From the NCBI GenBank assembly GCA_030704615.1, contig JAKLZA010000209.1:1-7057 (forward strand): DNA of 7,057 nt. The letters are read 5' to 3'. Below the pieces are notes generated by a model. It did not search any database. It worked only from the letters and a program-made list of their open reading frames with translations, and had not been told where the DNA came from. Numbering within the stretch: position 1 is the stretch's first letter; every line of letters begins with the position of its first letter. The stretch comes from Takakia lepidozioides. Its lineage: Eukaryota; Plantae; Bryophyta. This document shows positions 7,057 to 7,057 of the stretch, in pieces. Position numbers and translations under genes: made by a program.

Positions 7057-7057
7057 C

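Larger units (their letters stand above)
1..7057 (+). mobile_element. Ty3/Gypsy LTR retrotransposon internal region (non-chromovirus, Athila/Phygy/Selgy-like) with a large extra 3' ORF; both ends lie outside the window
   Basis: Domain order RT-RNaseH-INT is diagnostic of Ty3/Gypsy. The RT motif FMDGFSGYNQ resembles plant non-chromovirus elements. There is no chromodomain after GPY/F and no second (archaeal-type) RNase H. Inclusion of the 3' ORF in the element is inferred from same strand, no intervening LTR and its transposon-type domain. Confidence 0.9.
3625..7057 (+). pseudogene. Large accessory 3' ORF of the retrotransposon (~1,150 aa or more, 3'-partial), interrupted by 5-6 single-base frameshifts and one in-frame TAG; may be intact in vivo if these are assembly errors
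   Basis: Abutting or overlapping + strand frames join at ~3906-3915, ~4229-4232, ~4887-4890, ~5433-5465 and ~5660-5665, with TAG at 6346-6348; frame 1 is then open to the window end. The start is uncertain (ATG 3409, 3625, 3643 or 3691). Confidence 0.8.

Overview
Internal portion of a plant-type Ty3/Gypsy (Metaviridae), non-chromovirus LTR retrotransposon on the + strand. No LTR, PBS or PPT is visible in the window. Bases 1-2897 encode pol (RT-RNase H-integrase-GPY/F), with one frameshift near 82-88. The pol tail runs into a ~30-bp-period tandem array (2758-2937). A CpG-rich, promoter-like spacer follows, containing a hairpin and candidate splice acceptors (~2940-3620). The six or seven small + strand ORFs downstream join into ONE giant sense-strand accessory gene (~3625 to beyond 7057, about 1,150 aa or more), broken only by short indels and one in-frame TAG. 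Its inferred architecture is: plant-transposon/PMD-like N-terminal domain, NLS-like motif, acidic linker with SIM-like motif, long coiled coil, Pro-rich linker, and an unrecognised C-terminal domain that the ORF track mostly misses. All domain calls are from motif recognition by eye; no searches were run.
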